Positions 12,863 to 28,166 of a stretch of DNA of 64,000 nt are shown piece by piece. The position numbers and the translations under genes are program-made. Below the pieces are notes generated by a model. The model did not search any database. It had not been told where the DNA came from and worked only from the letters and a program-made list of their open reading frames with translations. This stretch comes from Eledone cirrhosa (taxonomy: Eukaryota), in NCBI GenBank assembly GCA_964016885.1, contig OZ024740.1:348440001-348504000 (forward strand). The letters run 5' to 3'. Position 1 is the first letter of the stretch; each line of letters opens with the position of its first letter.

Positions 12863-13330
12863 GGCATACATTCACTAACGGGCCCCCTCCAAACTCTGAT
12901 CCACCTTTCTGCTGCCACCATAATGGCTTCTCTTCCTCAGATCTAGCTGAACTCCTGACAATTTCATTCAGGGAGTCTCTTTTCCCTCATCTGTCTTTCT
13001 GTCTTCATCCATATCTTGTCCGACATTTACCACTCTAACCACAACGTGCAGTCTTTCCACTCTAGAATATCGTACCTCGTGAATTCTTTGCTTGCCCATG
13101 TCTTTCATACAGGATCTGAGCAGCAACAATTTAAATTGAGCCTCAATAGTATTTGTCTCGGTGGAAATGCAAAGCCCCATACCCCATTCCTAGCATTACA
13201 AAATAACATCAAATCGTACTCAGAAGGGTTTACTCAACCCGGAAATATAATAAACGACGTGTGCCCAAGATGCCTCACAGTGGGACGTATCCCAGAATCA
13301 CATGTTCGAAGCGAACTCCTTAATCACACA
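12863..13330 (-). mobile_element. Degenerate RTE-like LINE 3' fragment
   Basis: Frameshifted peptides (..RIHEVRYSRVERL..GQDMDEDR) loosely recall the RTE C-terminus (RIRNE..GHVxRMDEDR); duplicated 3' end. Confidence 0.4.
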
Positions 13331-13701
13331 GCTTATACGTACAAATATATACAAAGAGGTCTAGTGGGCGTAATAGATGAATAGAGAATTTGTCAAAACA
13401 GTAACCAAATAAACAGAAAGTTTGATGGATACATACCCGCCGCTGTGTATATGTGTGTGTGTGTGTGAGTCAGTGACTGTGAATGTATATCTCATTTATT
13501 CATGAACATTTATATACATTTATCATGAAACTATTTAAACTAATACACAAATATGTACAATGTAGATACATCTTTCAACACATGTAAATAGATTCCCTGA
13601 TACGTACAGTGAGTGAGCATTTAATTCCTAGTCATTAGACATTAGCACACTAATATCTTCCGTCTTAATGGATTTTTATCTCTCTTTCTCTCTTTATATA
13701 T

Positions 13702-13810
<109 letters not shown>

Positions 13811-14301
13811 TACACACACACACACATATATATATATATATTGATGACAAGGAGACAGAATATGCAATCACATTTTCTGTTTACCATCTTTTCACATCAA
13901 ATTTTACATCAATGAAAGCTTCTAATTCTTTACTGTATATATTTACTTATCTATCTATGGATCTATGTACACTAGATAGCTATTCTTTAATGTAGCATGG
14001 TATTGTTAGTTTATCTGCTAATCTGCCAGTATGCAAATTTATCGTAGAGCTTGGATGAATGAACTGATAACTAAATGTATAATGTAAATGGAATTACAGT
14101 GGCGAATTTTCACAGCTGACAACATTTGAGTTGCGGTGATGAAATAAGGCTTCACTAGACTCATTATTTTGATTACTCTTCGTTTATTCAGGTGTTCCAT
14201 CATATATTTAAGCTGGATCAAACCGACTATTTCTTTGAGCAATTAGTGACAATTATGTCGTGTAATGACATCAACAGACATATTCTTCGTATCCTTCCAT
14301 A

Positions 14302-14369
<68 letters not shown>

Positions 14370-14389
14370 ATATGTATATATATATATGT

Positions 14390-14488
<99 letters not shown>

Positions 14489-15183
14489 GGCTTTCTGCTT
14501 ACATTAATTTCTCTATTTTCATTTATATATATATATATGAGATATATGAGGGGGTGCGTATTTGTACATAAGGATAGGTACATCTGCAACTCTAATTCAT
14601 TATAAATGCCAGTGCTACCAATATAACATTTCAGCACTGTAGTTTTGTAGCAGGTTTAGATATTTAGAATCATGCATAAACTCTGGTTTTAAAATAACTT
14701 TTGCCATATTGAAAAATCTGAACTTCCGGAAAGTCAAAACTGTGATGAAATTTCAATTTTATCTTCCAGCTATTCCATTTCACTTATATAAGTGTTAATA
14801 TAATGTTTAAAAAGTATCAATATCGCGAATTCACATCTTACTCGTTCTCTCTTAAAATATAAACTAAAAAAAAAGAGAATAAATATATATTCTTAAACTT
14901 TTCTTGTTGAATTCATACTTTTCAGGAAGGTAAGATAATTATAGTTGGGTATATTTGGGGGTAAAATCATTTCAACAAATTTGTTGTATATAAACCGGAC
15001 TTTTTGTTTACGCGCATGATAAACCTCTTTTACTCGGTGCCGAATGTAATGTATACTGTTGAAAGCTAGCTTGCTAATTTGAGAGATTGACACATGTACG
15101 AACAGACTCAAATACTTTCCTATATACATTTATACAGACAGGTAGTCAGACGTGCAGGAAGATTATCTATATATTGACAGATA

Positions 15184-16393
15184 ATTTTCTTTTTATTTGC
15201 CACCAGGGCATCAAAAAGTGGGACAAGTACAAAGGCGTCCTCAATATGGAGGAGGCAATAACAAGATATAAAAGTATAAAAATAAAATAAAATATAACAA
15301 AATAAATTTTGTAACAAAATCCTCAATAGGGAGGAGGCGCCTTGGGGGGTCGCACACACCCCCGAAAAAAGTGTGCAACCCTTCTCCTCGGGAGCACAGA
15401 GAGGGGGGTGCTCCCTTGGACTTTCATCTTCCTCACCTATAGTCTGATGTAGAGTGAAGGCCCATTCACACGGGCCATTCTCGCCACTTTCACCCATCTT
15501 TCATAAAAACGGCTGGGGTGCAGCATCTCTCTCTCCATCCTGATCCTTCTTCCGAAATGATATCAGAAGAAACGGACCAGGTGTTGGCCAGAGAGAAAGG
15601 TGTCTGACCTCAGTCCTTTCAGACGCGTCCACCATACAACCTATTTCGCCATGGCTATTACGCACAGAAACACCGCCTCTCCTTCGTTTTTGAAGAGGGA
15701 GGCGGCTTGATCGTTACAATAGACTCGGTGGTCAACCGGATCGGTCCCACCCTTGACAGCAGTTGTTCGACATAGCCCCACAGATCGGCAATGCCCGAGC
15801 AGTGTATCAATGCGTGTGCAACGGTTTCCTCGTCGCACACGCATCTGGGACAGATCTTTTTCGAGGGGTCCCTACCCGGACGCCCGTGTCTGTAGAGCCT
15901 TTCTCGAACGGGCAGAGCCCTTCTGTAGCACTGCCAGGCCAGGGACCTCTGGAAGTTATCCATGGGTCCCGGGCTGAATGTCCTACCGAACAGGTTGGCC
16001 AGTTCGTCTTCCTCCATGCCTAGGGCTTCTCAGAGGGCGTGGTCGCACCTGCTAACCACCAGCCCTCTGTAGAATGACGAGGTGGATTCTCCACTGACAG
16101 CCGGGTCCGCCTGCCAGAGAGCCGTGAGCGCCTGGGCACACTCGGTGTGCCAGGCGCCCAGATTTCTCGGTCTTTGCTTGACCCAGGATTGCAGCTCGGT
16201 GAGTGAGACGAGTCTGGGAAAGGCTCGCCTCACAAACGGGGCCCACACCGGTTGACCGGTGAGGAATACCTAGAGGTGCCGTAACCTTAATGCGTGTTTA
16301 CGTTTCATTAGCCACGGCATCCCCAGCTCTCCTTTCGAAGGGTGTTGACAGCAGATGGATCTCCTCACCATAGGAGCCCGCTTCTTCCAAATA
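15184..16393 (-). mobile_element. 5'-truncated Tx1/L1-clade LINE, decayed ORF2 C-terminus
   Basis: Zinc-knuckle region CPRC..ETVAHALIHC; 16-bp target-site duplication TATATATTGACAGATA at 15168-15183 and 16394-16409. Confidence 0.85.
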
Positions 16394-16415
16394 TATATAT
16401 TGACAGATAGTTACG

Positions 16416-16430
16416 TAGATAGATAGATAA

Positions 16431-16496
<66 letters not shown>
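16416..16496. repeat. (GATA)n microsatellite
   Basis: Direct reading; continues at 18260-18287. Confidence 0.95.
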
Positions 16497-16497
<1 letters not shown>

Positions 16498-18257
16498 TGT
16501 TTCTTTATTAGCCACAGGGGCACAAAAGAAGGGGACAAATACAAAGGGGGAAGTTTACATACAATAAAAACGTGTAAAATGTTATCACAGATGGAATTTA
16601 AAAGTTAGTCGATTTTCCCCAATAGAGGGAGACAGTTTATATGGGTAACACATACCCCCGAAAAAAAATGTGCAACCCTCATCTCCAGGAGTACGAAGAG
16701 CTTGTACTCCTTTCCTCTCCTCCTCCTTTTCCTCAACCTACAGGCTGATATAGAGAGAAGGCCCATTCACTCGGGCCATTCTCGCCACTTTCACCCACCT
16801 TTCATAAAACTTGCTTAGGGTACAGCACCTCTCTCTCCATCCTGATTCTTCTTCCAAAGTGGTATTTGAAAAAAAGAATCAGTTGTTGGCCGGAGAGAAA
16901 GGTGTCTGACCTCAGCCCTTTCAACCTTGTCCACCATACAACCTCTTTCGCCATAGCTATCACACAAAGGAAAACCGCCTCTCCTTCGTTTTTGAAGGAG
17001 GGTGGCGGTTTGATCATGACAATGGACTCGGTGGTCAACTGGATTGGTCCCACCCGCGACAATAGTCGTTCTACATAGCCCCACAGGTCAGTGACGCCCA
17101 GGCAGTGTATGAATGCGTGCGCGACGGTTTCTTCGTCTCGCACGCACCTCGGACAGATCTTTTTTGCAGGGTCCCTGCCCGGGCGCCCATGTCTGTAGAG
17201 CTTGTCTCGAACTGGTAGAGCTCCTCGGTAGCACTGCCAGGCCAAGGACTTTTGGAAGTTGTCCATCGGTCCCGGGCGGAAGGTCCTACCGAACAGACTG
17301 GCCAGTTCATCTTTCTCCACGCCTAGAGTTTCACCGAGCGCGTCGTCGCACTTGCTGCGGACCAACCCTCTATAGAATGACGAAGTGGAGTCTCCACTGA
17401 TCGCCGGGTCCGCCTACCAGAGGGCTGTGAGCGCCTGAGCACATTCGATGTGCCAGTCGCCCATTTTCCTCGGTCTCTGCTTGACCCAGGACTGCAGCTC
17501 GGTCAGCGAGACGAGTCGTGGGAAGGCTCGCCTCACGAACGGGGCCCACACCGGTTGTCCGGTGAGGAATACGTAGAGATGCCGCAGCCTGAGCGCGTGT
17601 TTGCGCATCGTCAACCACGGCATCCCCAGCCCTCCGTTAGAAGGGTGTTGGCAGCAGATGGATCTTCTTACCAAAGGAGCCCGCCTCTTCCAAAGGAATC
17701 GGAAGAGGGCGCGCTCCATTTTGGCGAGCGTTTTGGCTGGACAAGGCACGACGGTCAAGCGGTAGTAGATGGCGGACGCTATAAAAGTGTTCGCCACCCC
17801 CGCTCGACCTTTCAAGGATAGTTTGCACTCGGCCCACTTCTGGGTGAGTGCAAACACCTTGGCCGTCACTTCGTTCCAGTTCTTCTCCACCTGGAGGTCC
17901 GGACCAAACCAGACCCCGAGCAGCTTTACCGGTACTTCTGTCCAGCGTCCGACGACGCCATCGGAAGGCATCGGTCTGCCTCTCCACGATCCGAGTTGCA
18001 AACCGATGGACTTGTCCCGGTTCAGCTTCGCTCCTGTGAGACTTTCGTATTCCTTTAGTAAGGTGCCGACTTCCTCGATTTGCGAGGCGCTCGACACCAT
18101 TACTGTCACGTCGTCGGCGTAGGCCGACGCCGCTTTCCGCAGTCCCGGTTCCAGAGGGATGCCTTGCAATAGCTCCAGCTTCCGCAGTAGTGGCTCGAGA
18201 GTCAGGACGTACAGAAGGGAGGAGAGAGGGCATCCCTGTCGAATGGATCGCGTAATA
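16498..18257 (-). mobile_element. 5'-truncated Tx1/L1-clade LINE, ORF2 RT plus zinc-finger with stops
   Basis: RQGCPLSPLLY, SAYADDV, LLGVWFG, GGLGMP, CPRC..ETVAHAFIHC (ORFs 17414-18169 and 16802-17365); flanked by (GATA)n. Confidence 0.9.
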
Positions 18258-18370
18258 TGGATAGATAGATAGATAGATAGATAGATAGAGAACGCCTACA
18301 TTGTAACATAAAAACCTGACACTTGAATAGAAAATGGGACATATGATTCCAACAAATCTATAATTCCTGT

Positions 18371-18540
18371 CTTCTTCTTCTTCTTCTTCTTCTTCTTCTT
18401 CTTCTTCTTCTTCTTCTTCTTCTTCTTCTTCTTCTTCTTGAGAGTGTGACGGGAGAGTCCTCAAGCACGCCTTCCAGCAAGTCCCGTCAGAAGCAGCTGA
18501 CTGGAGAGGCCGTAGGCCCATCGCCAGGTCTTACAGCACA
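18371..18540 (-). mobile_element. RTE-like LINE 3' end with (GAA)n tail
   Basis: LQSAASDGTCWKACL resembles the RTE terminal AxDRxxWR motif; related to 147-350. Confidence 0.5.
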
Positions 18541-18976
18541 AGATATAGACAGCAATATATTTTTTGAACAGGCCTTAACCCTGCGGGAAGAAGGATTATT
18601 TTTGTTACCCCTCACGATATTTCAGTTCTGGTCGACTTATTCGCGCCGGTCAATAATCTGGCACTTCTCTCAGACCCATGAAGAGCAGGCTGTTACTCAC
18701 CTCCACATGGCTACATCATTGGCTTTGCAGGTATTTTCTTGGGAGCTAAAGGTGTAATTCATTGCTCCATCTCTCTTAGTACTTTATAACTGGTGGTTCG
18801 GGGATGCTTACCTGTCCTCCAGATGTCCACTTATATTAAAACAAATCATCATATCTGGGGGCTGTATCGCTATTCGACACATGCAACACTTTCTCGCAGA
18901 ACATCTCTGTACATTAAGTTAATTTGATACTTTCTCAAACGTGATATTTAACAAACGAGTATTTCTGCTTAACACA

Positions 18977-19032
<56 letters not shown>

Positions 19033-19089
19033 TATATATATATAAATCCATCCCACCCATCCCCTCAATCTATCTTATTTCTCATTCTT

Positions 19090-19125
19090 TCTTCTGATGA
19101 GGGACTAGCGTCCGAAACGTTAAGA
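19090..19125 (+). ncRNA. Minimal hammerhead ribozyme (dimer-type)
   Basis: TCTT-CTGATGA-GGGAC TAGC GTCC-GAAACGTT^AAGA; a partial copy of this family lies at ~46490-46610. Confidence 0.75.
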
Positions 19126-19209
19126 CCCTCTTCCTGCTATATCAAGCATTAACCTAATATATCCCTTCCATATACTGTAACGATTGTGTTGCTATTTCTG
19201 TTTACCTTT

Positions 19210-19240
<31 letters not shown>

Positions 19241-19599
19241 TTATTGAAAGGATAACAAGGACGATTGATTACTCCTTCATTGCATTTATTGATAGGTGAC
19301 GCGCGTTTCGCCATTGATCAGCTCAAGATTCGATCTGTATCGATCCTACCCGACTCAATAATCGGCGGCTTGACGGACCCTTTTAAAACTCTGTATAGCT
19401 CTACACCTCATCACAGAAATGAACCTAAACATCGAGTGCTCTCCCGGGATAACCTGCAGTAACTCCAAGTTACACCCACAGGCGTTCTCTATCTATCTAT
19501 ATATATATATATATATATATGGATATATATAAATCATATATAAAAATCATACATACACACACGCAAACGCACATATACACACTATCACAACAAAACATA

Positions 19600-20010
<411 letters not shown>

Positions 20011-20055
20011 ACAATGATATTAAATAAATGGAAAGTATATTTATAAAACCATATT

Positions 20056-20118
20056 TATTCTATTATATGTATATTTCAAGGGTACCAAAATTTTGGTACG
20101 CTTTCATCAGATAAAATA
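20056..20118 (-). ncRNA. Hammerhead ribozyme motif
   Basis: Reverse complement: TATTTTAT-CTGATGA-AAGCGTACCAAAATTTTGGTACCCTT-GAAA-T..ATA^ATAGAATA. Confidence 0.65.
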
Positions 20119-20827
20119 CGAAGTGTGTTTTATGAATTTTGACATAACCAAGAAAAATACCTTAACGGTTCAAGTTTTCCTTGGATAGTGAAGGGATAAG
20201 AGAAGAAAAGTCAGATATTTCAAATTATTAAGATGAGTATGCAAATGAGGTGAGGTTAGGGTTGAAAAAAAAATGTTATTTTAGACGCTATGGAGAATTT
20301 AAATAATTATGATATGTGTATGTATGCGTTTGGGGGAAAAGGTGGAATATGATTCCAGAGTTTAAATTTAAATTTATTTACCTATATTATGAGTTATAAT
20401 ATTGTATATATAATCAATTAGATTATATGAAGAATTATGGTTGTAAGTTATTTTAATTTTATTACATTACAATCGGTTATATGTATATAAATATCGGTAT
20501 AGATTAATAATTGTGAATGTATTAGTATTATAAAAAAATAGAAATAATTTATAATTATTAGTTGTTTATATTTCTAGAATTAATTATAATAATAATAAAC
20601 AATTTAACTTAAACACTAAACCAAACAAAAAAACTAGAACTAGAAATAATATTTGGTACTCTCCCCCATTCTCATTAAGCGTTAAAACACCTTTAGCAAA
20701 GCTATTCTTTAAAGCACTAGATAAATGTTTTCCTAAAACCCACAGATACCACTCTATTTTTAACAGACACACTATAAAACTATCCTACGCTACTACTATG
20801 AACATAGCACAAAATATAAATAGAATC

Positions 20828-20932
20828 AATAATTGTTTCTACGTTAGGCACAAGGCTAGCAATTGTCAGTGCATTACTGGTACTTTATTTTATCAACCTC
20901 GTAAGGATGAAAGGCAAAGTAAACCTCGGCGG
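20828..20932 (-). mobile_element. tRNA-derived SINE nested in the PLE
   Basis: Reverse complement of the SINE core. Confidence 0.75.
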
Positions 20933-21606
20933 TATTATAGAATTAATAATAGAACTTAAATTTAAACCCTAACCAAACTAACCAAAATAGCAATAATAAT
21001 ATTTCTAACAACAATATTCAGAATAATAGTACCGTTCCGAACAACAACTCCAGAAAATGTAACTGTAGAATCAAATCAAACTGCCCTTTACAAAATAATT
21101 GTTTATAAAAAAACGTAGTTTATAAATGCACAGCTAAGACTAGAGACAAAATATTTAACTATATTGGTGCCACTTCAACAAAATTCAAAGAACGCTGGAT
21201 TAACCATAAACACACATTTAAGAGATCCGATAAAACATTTTCTACTTCATTTTCACATCTAATTTGTAACTTAAAAGACAACAATATAGACTATTCAATA
21301 TCTTGCAGAATGATTTCGAAAGCACCTGCATACCGAAATATGACTTTCTGAAGATTCTGTAACTTGTGTATCGAAGAAATTTTTTATATAATTAACTGTC
21401 AAAACTCTATTAATCTTAGAACAGAATTATTTTCTTCTTGCAGACATCGGCAAAATTCCACGTCCAGAACTATTTTTAATTTATAATATTCCTATACACC
21501 TTCAAAATGATCCTATCTTCTTTAAAAATTTAAATGTAAATTTAAAAAATTTTTAATATTTTTAAATTTTTAATATTTCTAATATTTTTACCTTTTGACA
21601 TTAATT

Positions 21607-21638
<32 letters not shown>

Positions 21639-22582
21639 TTTTATATTTTTAATTCTGACATTATTTTCCTAATGACATCCCTCTAAATATATTTTTTTTA
21701 GTTGTAGATTGATAATCTTTAATTGACATTCTGAAAATTTATCCTCTTTACGATAGTTCTTCGAAATAAACTTTCACAAATCTTCCGAATAATTTATCTC
21801 ACATAAAATAATATATAATTTTCTCTATATATTTTCTGAGTTAATCACTCATCAAATTTAACGGTTAACAAACAAAATTTGAGTTATCTTTCCTTTCTCA
21901 ATCGTGCAAACATAAACATATTATGTACGATAATCTATATAACTTCGCTAAATTAATAATATTCTGAAAACATTTTCAATGTTGAACAAAATATTAAAAT
22001 CTACAAATCGTTCTCCTCTCACAACTTGAACCACCTATTTCTTTATGTAAAATATAAAATCAACATTCTTCGTAAGTCATATTAGAAATATATACAACTA
22101 ATAATTGTAAATTATTTCTATTTCTATAATACTAATACATGCACAATTATTAATCTATATATATATTTATATATATATAACATATTGTAATGTAATAAGA
22201 TAAAAATACTTACAACCATAATTGTTCATATAATCTAATTGATTATATATACAATAATATAACTCATAATATAGGTAAATAAATTTGAATTTAAACTCTG
22301 GAATCATATTCCACCTTTTTCCCCAAATTAACGTAAATACAAGCTCTTCTTTCTTTTTCTTCTTTCCTACGCATACATACACATATCATAATTATTTAAA
22401 TTCTCCATAGCGTCTAAAATAACGTTTTTTTTTTCAGTCCTATACCTCAACCTCATTTGCATACTCATCTTAATAATTTGAAATATCTGACTTTTCTTCT
22501 CTTATCCCTTCACTATCCAAGGAAAACTTGAACCGTTAAGGTATTTGTCTTGGTTATGTCAAAATTTATAAAACACACTTCG

Positions 22583-22643
22583 TATTTTATCTGATGAAAC
22601 CGTACCAAAATTTTGGTACCCTTGAAATATATATAATAGAATA
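22583..22643 (+). ncRNA. Hammerhead ribozyme motif
   Basis: TATTTTAT-CTGATGA-..GTACCAAAATTTTGGTAC..-GAAA-TATATATA^ATAGAATA. Confidence 0.6.
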
Positions 22644-22862
22644 AATATGATTTTATAAATATACTTTCCATTTATTTAATATCATTGAATATTATACTGC
22701 AGAAAACCTTTCGAGTGCTCTGAATCAGTTATAAACATTTATATTTGTTGAATTACCAACAAATTGAATATCCCTTTTGCTTATATATATATATACACAC
22801 AGAAACAAGATGGCGTAGGACAGAACAAAGGAGAAGCACAAAAACAAAGAAAAGAATCCCCA

Positions 22863-22905
22863 GTCACTGAAGAGGTCACAGAATGTGTGACGAAAGAACT
22901 TTGAC
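22863..22905 (+). ncRNA. Minimal hammerhead ribozyme within the 22795-23058 repeat
   Basis: GTCA-CTGAAGA-GGTCACA GAATG TGTGAC-GAAAG AA CTT^TGAC. Confidence 0.7.
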
Positions 22906-23113
22906 AATATATAAACAACCATCTGGTTGTGGAACCAACCAACCAACCGGAAATTTATAAATTCCTAAATTTATAAATTTATTATAATAAATTGAAGTGA
23001 AAGCAATTGGTGGGTGTGTTCCTTATTGGCAACATGACCCTGCCAACGTATAACAATATCGGTTTCAACACACGTTTTCAGATAAAGAATCTTGCTAAAC
23101 AAATTCAGAAACG

Positions 23114-23193
<80 letters not shown>

Positions 23194-23282
23194 GTGTTTG
23201 TGTGTGTGTGTGTGTATGTTTTATCGTGATTGTGTGGATATATGCGTTTGTGGGTGTGTATGTATGATTTTTTGTGCGTGAG

Positions 23283-23394
<112 letters not shown>

Positions 23395-23742
23395 GGCGCG
23401 TATGTTGTATGCAGACATATATGGAAAAGATTGTCTAGCGAAACTAGAGATTAAATGGTGTAAACTGTGCAACAATAGTGTAAAGAGACAAAACACTAAA
23501 GAAAACAGAAGAAAAGACCTACACAAATGTGTTACAGCAGTGTTCCTCTGTAGACGGGGTATCTTTTTAATTGTGACATTTACCAACAGAACCAATTAAC
23601 CTAGTCGTGTCAACTGCGTTATTACTTTTCTGGAAAAGGGTAATACTACAATACGCAGGAGTGAAGACAATAACAATATATACTAGAGAATTGAAACTGT
23701 TTTATATCATGGAATCTATAGGAATGTTGAGTGTCTGTATAT

Positions 23743-23789
<47 letters not shown>

Positions 23790-23872
23790 ATCTATCTATC
23801 TATCTATCTATATATATATATATATATATATACATATACACAACACACACACGCACATATATATATATATAT

Positions 23873-24296
<424 letters not shown>

Positions 24297-26562
24297 ACGG
24301 AATTGCAATTTTATCTGATTAACTCGTTTTATTTACAATCCATTAAAATTATAATGATATTATAATGAAATAGTATGGTAGAATTTATATATATATGTAT
24401 ACAGAGAGAGAGAGAGAGAGAGGGGGAGAAAGCGAGAGAGAACCTCACACATATACATAGATATTTACGCAATATATGCATACAGGCACACGTACATACT
24501 TGTATATATATATGTGTGTGTATTTGCGTGTGCGCATGTGTGCGTTGTGTGTATGTGCATGTGTGCATGTGTGCGTGTGTTTGTGTGTTTGTGTGTGTGC
24601 GCGCGTGCGTGCGTGTGTATGTGTGCATACGCAGAACACTTTTCAAAAACATCCTTTTTTAATAGTCTTCTTTCTTTATTTTCTCAGACTTGTTGCTTTA
24701 GAATCGGTAGCAAATCAATTTTTCGAACCATAGCCAATACAGATCTTCCCACTCAATATCGATCATTCATTGTATCTTCTTCTTTATCAATAAATCTGTG
24801 ACAAAAAAAGTAACATATAAATATTTACCATCACTTTTCCCATCGAAAAAGAAATTGAAAATGCTAGTAGTATATAAACACGTATAAGATATATTGAATG
24901 AAATACAAATTTCAGTGTGCACTTCCAATGTATTAATGTCAATAAACTAAACGTATATAGGAAATAAATACCGAATGAAGGAAACTATTCATTAACTCGC
25001 AATTAACAAAGACGTTGTATGTCATGCTATGTAGATATAGAATTTTAGTAGCCTCGTCGATATTTAAAATGTCCTCATTTATTATATTCTTTCATTTAAT
25101 ACGCTAACACATTTCATGCAATATCTGTTCTTATGTTTTAGGTGTTTAATTATAAACTCTTTTACGTTTTTCTTTAAGTATACTTTTCAACTACCACTTA
25201 TTTACATGCTAGTATGTGTCTGTAAGAGTGATTATGTGAGTAGGTGTGTGTACACCCGATTGAAGAAAGCAAGCAAAGCGCATGAAGGAAAGTTGAATAT
25301 ATGTATTAATATTTTAACTTATTTCTGCATTACTATTGGTTTCGTAGACGTAAACGCTTCCGTCTTATTCCACAGAGGCGCCAGAATAAAAGTATGGAGT
25401 TGTTAATATGATTGCAAACTGGGAATTATTGAAGACCTCTATTGGTTGGTCCAGGTCACTTGTTGCGGCTGACTGTAATCAGCTCTATTAGGTATATGTG
25501 AGGCAGATGACAATCAGTAACAGCAGATGACACCGCATCTGATGTTACTCTTACAGAAGATAAAGGTAACAAACAGTCAAGCCGTATTATGCTGCCTATG
25601 TTTGTACGCTCAGATTATGCAATTTAAATTCTAGCTAGAAACTATCAATTGACTTGTGCTTGTATGCAAAGTATTTAAAAAAATGTACTATATTGCATAT
25701 GCACTTGTAAAAATGCGCACATCTATACGTCAAAACGTATAGATCTATTCATACAATGAAACCCATGCTTACGCATATACATACGTGCCTGCATCCATCC
25801 ATCCATCCATCCATCCATCCATACATACATCCATCCATCCATACATTCATACATACATACATACACACATACATGCATACATAACTATGCATAATCTACA
25901 TTAATACATACCTACACTTATATCTCAATATCTATTTCATGTTGTCTATATTCCAATGAAAGTCTCTTCTTCAAACGAGACGTAATATACATACACTTTC
26001 ATATGTGCAGACATTTAAAATCTTTGTAACTGTCTTGATGAAAACAAAAGAAATTACATAGGTATTTTATGAATGGTATGATATGTATACAGTTGATGTG
26101 TGAGAGCCATCGCATTCCAAGTGTTTAATCAATGTATGTGTGAGCATACGTGAATGTTTGGTTCTCGATACATATAAGACACTTGAAGTGAATTTCATTG
26201 TGAATTTCATTCAGAAGATTAATTGTGATTATTGTGTTCTTTATTATGTATAGTATAATGAAAAATGACACTTTATAAATTGAATTTGCCGGGATTCTGT
26301 AAGCCAAGGTTTTCGAGGTTGTGGTAATAATTATTGATACATTGATTACGGGGTAGAAAAGATATAGGTCTTAAAGCAGCTATCCAATAATGTTCTCCTG
26401 TTCACTGAATTCGAAATAAATGTACACATCCGCTGGTTAGTTGAACTCATAAATTGTTTTTATTCTCAACCGACCAAATAAGACTTTGTTTGTGTGTAGG
26501 TTTGTATTAGACACGCACACACATAGACACATACATACGTACACGCACATACATATATGTAT

Positions 26563-26599
<37 letters not shown>

Positions 26600-26603
<4 letters not shown>

Positions 26604-26775
26604 AAGGAAAAGCGAAGTAGTTTCATATGTTCAAGTCCTTGAACATATGAAACTACTCAAGGACTTGAACATATGAAACTACTTCGCTTTTCCTTATTCG
26701 ATATTTACTCCGTCACTCCTATGTGGAAAAAGTACGTTGAGTGCTTGAATTGAATTGCATCAATATTTACCCTAA
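26600..26775. mobile_element. Short fold-back PLE terminus, same family as 10250-10795
   Basis: Palindromic arms plus TACTC..GAGTGCTTGAATTG tail; (TA)n flanks. Confidence 0.65.
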
Positions 26776-26795
26776 TATATATATATATATATATA

Positions 26796-26931
26796 CAGGG
26801 TGCTGCAAAAGTAGATTTACAGTAAGGATTATACCAATATTACCAGTGATATATATGTTTGTATAATTAGTACAATACGAAATGTGGGCGCGTTTTGTTT
26901 TTCATTACTGTATACCTTCTTTTGCAGTCGC
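26796..26931. mobile_element. Possible Tc1/mariner-type MITE
   Basis: TA|CAGGGTGCTGCAAAAGTAGATTTACAGTAA ... TTACTGTATACCTTCTTTTGCAG imperfect terminal inverted repeats. Confidence 0.45.
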
Positions 26932-27054
26932 ACACACACACACACATATATATATAGGAAAATATTCAGACCCCGACGGCTGAGCTCCGGCCTTTACGAC
27001 AGCTAGTTCCGAACTCTGGTGGTTTATGGTCTACCTGGTTTTTATCACATCCTA

Positions 27055-27104
<50 letters not shown>

Positions 27105-28062
27105 GATCTGAGGCCATATTCAGTTGGTCAGGTTTATTTAAAATCCGTTATATAAGTTTCGCTGAGGAGTATCAATTATGATAACCTGAGTTCTTTAAAC
27201 GGCAAAACCTATAAAGCAATGAAAGTTCATTAAAAAAAACTTTTACGTTTGGAAAAATCTAATAACTTCTAGGAGAAAGTTTTTCTTTACTTGATACAGA
27301 GGGCCGCCCGGGCGTGTGGTGGTGTTTCTCCGACGGCCGGCCTTTGTTCGGTTAACACCATATATATAAAACAAAGCAAGTTTGTTTTGAAACAGCAAGC
27401 GAAGTTTAAAGTTTAGTAGAAATAGAAGCCTTCGTCGTATTTTTTTTACTAAAGAAGTTTTATCCTGAGTGATATTTAAAGCCCTCTAAAAATGGGGAAG
27501 GATATTTAATCTGATTTTCCCAATAATTATCCATAACGGTCGTTATTACTAATGTGGTCATTTGCATTGGGACAGCCACATTTCAAACATTTCATGTGCT
27601 CCTTTACTCAGCCGTTGTATATACCTTTATCTATAGAGTTAATATCTTGCTAATACACAGAGTTAGTGACTAGAGACTCTTTAGCATAGTAATTAATGCA
27701 CTTATTTTTCAACGAGAGATTCGGAGTTTGATTCCTCGCAGACGCGAATATATCAAATTAAACACACATAAAGGCAAATAAGTTTTTCTTATATTTGAAA
27801 ATTGTTTTTGCCTGTCAGACATCATTCTCTACGGCTTAAAACAAACTCTTAAGAAATACAATACTAACATTATAAAGAAAGTCTGAGTGCGAACTAAGCA
27901 GGGGTTAACTTCGACTTTTCTCCTTCAAGTAGCCCGCAAATTGACAGAGTCGTTCGGACGTTGTAATAAAAGTCTCTGTGTTCAAATCACGCCGATGTGA
28001 ACTTTACCTTTCATGTTTACGAAGTCGATATATAAAGCATCAGTCAAGCACAGGCTGTCAAT

Positions 28063-28166
<104 letters not shown>

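Larger units (their letters stand above)
20010..22780 (+). mobile_element. Penelope-like element (Hydra-type), 3' part with inverted 5' duplication
   Basis: Frameshifted CNCRIKSNCPL..YIGATSTKFKERWINHKHTF..CNLCIEE..SCRHR at ~21058-21470; 20010-20580 inverted at 22080-22690; HHRs at both ends. Confidence 0.8.

Noticed and set aside
17637-18521. 294-aa ORF with poly-E
   Set aside because: Chance fusion of an RTE-like tail, microsatellites and an off-frame reading of the Tx1 ORF.
19295-19380. HHR-like fold on the minus strand (GGC-GAAAC GCGC GTC^ACC)
   Set aside because: The 3' half is good but the 5' core reads CCGTCAA; treated as decayed and not counted.
27144-27201. Minus-strand GAAAC with a stem and TTAAAGA core
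   Set aside because: Core too degenerate; at most a dead HHR.
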